Source: Asterias rubens
Taxonomy: Eukaryota
Length of the DNA stretch: 64,000 nt
Assembly (NCBI RefSeq): GCF_902459465.1
Contig: NC_047070.1
Location: 17,794,001-17,858,000 of the forward strand
Direction: 5' to 3'
Below are positions 62,501 to 64,000 of this stretch, one piece after another. How positions within the stretch are numbered: the first letter of the stretch is position 1; every line of letters starts with the position of its first letter. The translations under genes were made by a program, and so were the position numbers. The notes beneath the pieces are model-generated. The model saw only the letters and a program-made list of their open reading frames with translations. It was not told where the DNA came from and did no database searches.

Positions 62501-64000
62501 CAACCTTACCCTGGTTTCTCAGATCCACCCAGATTTGATATATGCCACTGTATATTAACTATTTATTTTAATTCTTTTAAATACATACTTACATTCACAA
62601 TAAACTCTATTTTGCTGATCTTTTTATCATGTATAAAGATTAATAAAGATTTTGCAATAAATAAATAAATTAATAAATTATTTAAATTGTCGTGTAGGTT
62701 TACTGGTGAAGCAAATGCTACTTGATGCCTGTGAGAATCCCGAGCTGGAGAACATAGCGGAAAAAACTCATGGTGTTATTTTCTTCAGCACACCACACCA
62801 TGGTTCCTCTCTAGCAGCTGCATCACAGCAGGCTAAAATGCTACTTTATCCATCTGTAGAAGTCAAGGAATTAGTCCAAGGTAAGAGTTATGTTGTTGAA
62901 TGCGTTTGTCTGTTTAGCCTGAACATGCCTCTTTGTTTTCATCTTCCAGACAAGGTATTTGTTGACAATTTTTGGAGAACTTTGTATAGGTGCTGGTCAC
63001 CTGTGTCTCCTTGCCACTCACTGGATAGGCATTTTATTAAAATTTGAGTTTTTGAAGTCTCTGTCAATAATTTTAAAGACAGGCACTTTCCTTACTTGGC
63101 TTCAATCAGGTGGACAGACCTCAAGCCCAAGGCCTTGTTTCGAAAAGGGACCTAGAAGAAAATTTGTTTTTCAGATTCGCTTATTTGGTCAACCTTTGCA
63201 AGCTTGTGCAATCAAATTTGGGATAGTTGTTAAATTCAGCGCATCATAATGGATGTGTTCGTATATTTTGTTTCCCTTTGTAGCTTCCCCATCTCTAAAG
63301 AATCTTCATGGTCGCTTCAGAGCCTTTGTGCAGACACGCCATCTACCGGTGCTGAGCTTTGGAGAAACCAAACCACTAAACATTGGACTTGGAGTCAAGA
63401 CAGTCGTGGTGCCCATTGAGTCTTCACGTAAGTTGCTTGATAATCATTGTTGTTAATTGTGTATATGCCCAAACTTTTTCACGGATGCAGAGAAGACTCG
63501 TTTGTATCTTTTCAAAATGTTTGTGTGATGCGGTAGGTTTATGTGCCAACACGCCAAAAACATGCTGCATGCATAAATTTATGATGCACCCAGACACTTC
63601 ATTGTGCAGCTTGCACAGCTTTTTGTTTATTTGCCCCAGTCAAAGAGGGACAAAAGGTACTGGAATTCATGTTGGAAATCTCGCTTTTCTAGGCCATCGT
63701 CCTGTTGGACAAGTGAAGACCACAACAGTCTTTACTGCATTTAGTCATGTGTTCTGAAAAGTTGTCTCGCTGTGAGGCTTGGACAAACTATGGGAATACC
63801 AGATTGTCTTTTTAGGACTGCTTGGTGTGTGTTAGTGTTTGCCGCAAGCAACCTCTGGTGTCTCTAAATACACTTTATAAAGTGTATTTTACCTCCTGCA
63901 CTTTGTCATGTTAGATCCCGGTTATGGCGAGTTCCACTCCTTGAAAGTAAACCACCTTGACATATGCAAGCCAGCGAGTCCCCGCTCACAACTCTACCAC
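56531..64000 (+). CDS. SERAC1: Protein SERAC1 (serine active site-containing 1), 3' partial
   Basis: Exons 56531-56658, 57096-57217, 57845-57928, 58377-58505, 58760-58878, 59100-59225, 59461-59574, 59799-59964, 60388-60538, 60828-60993, 61232-61332, 61621-61718, 62698-62880, 63284-63427, 63915-end, all phase-consistent. N-terminal hydrophobic segment, ARM-like region, [14 protein letters not shown], lipase motif [14 protein letters not shown]. Confidence 0.92.
57336..57521. repeat. 54-bp direct repeats (1 mismatch) flanking a 78-bp spacer
   Basis: attgaaactaaatttctgtatagttatgatgcagacaataaaa(c/t)attctaatta at 57336-57389 and 57468-57521. Confidence 0.9.
57431..57447. promoter_or_regulatory. 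CTCF-type motif
   Basis: GCTGCCCTCTAGTGGCA matches the canonical CTCF core. Confidence 0.45.
60575..60820. mobile_element. MITE copy (GGGCCCAATTTCAT TIR family)
   Basis: ctagggccttatttcatacagct ... gtgcttaagcagctctaatttcgccctg. Confidence 0.6.
61455..61605 (+). mobile_element. L2-type LINE RT C-terminal remnant
   Basis: Frameshifted translation VQNAAACL ... [20 protein letters not shown]. Confidence 0.65.

Overview
AT-rich eukaryotic genomic DNA with GT-AG introns. The interspersed repeat families resemble those of asteroid echinoderms (sea star); this taxon call is an inference from recalled repeats. By assembling exons by hand with consistent intron phases I find six multi-exon genes: a Mieap/SPATA18-C-terminal-domain protein (-), a C10orf143-like small protein (-), MAP9-like (+), SIRT5 (-), CFAP99 (-) and SERAC1 (+, runs off the window end). 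The first 12 kb also hold candidate microexons and last exons of an unidentified + strand gene. Two gene pairs are head-to-head. Introns and intergenic DNA contain tRNA-derived SINEs, L2/CR1 remnants, several MITE families (some nested), tandem repeats and a degenerate Penelope-type hammerhead-like motif. No prokaryotic system, CRISPR array, rRNA or intact tRNA was found. All family assignments come from recalled motifs, not database searches. Repeat boundaries are approximate.
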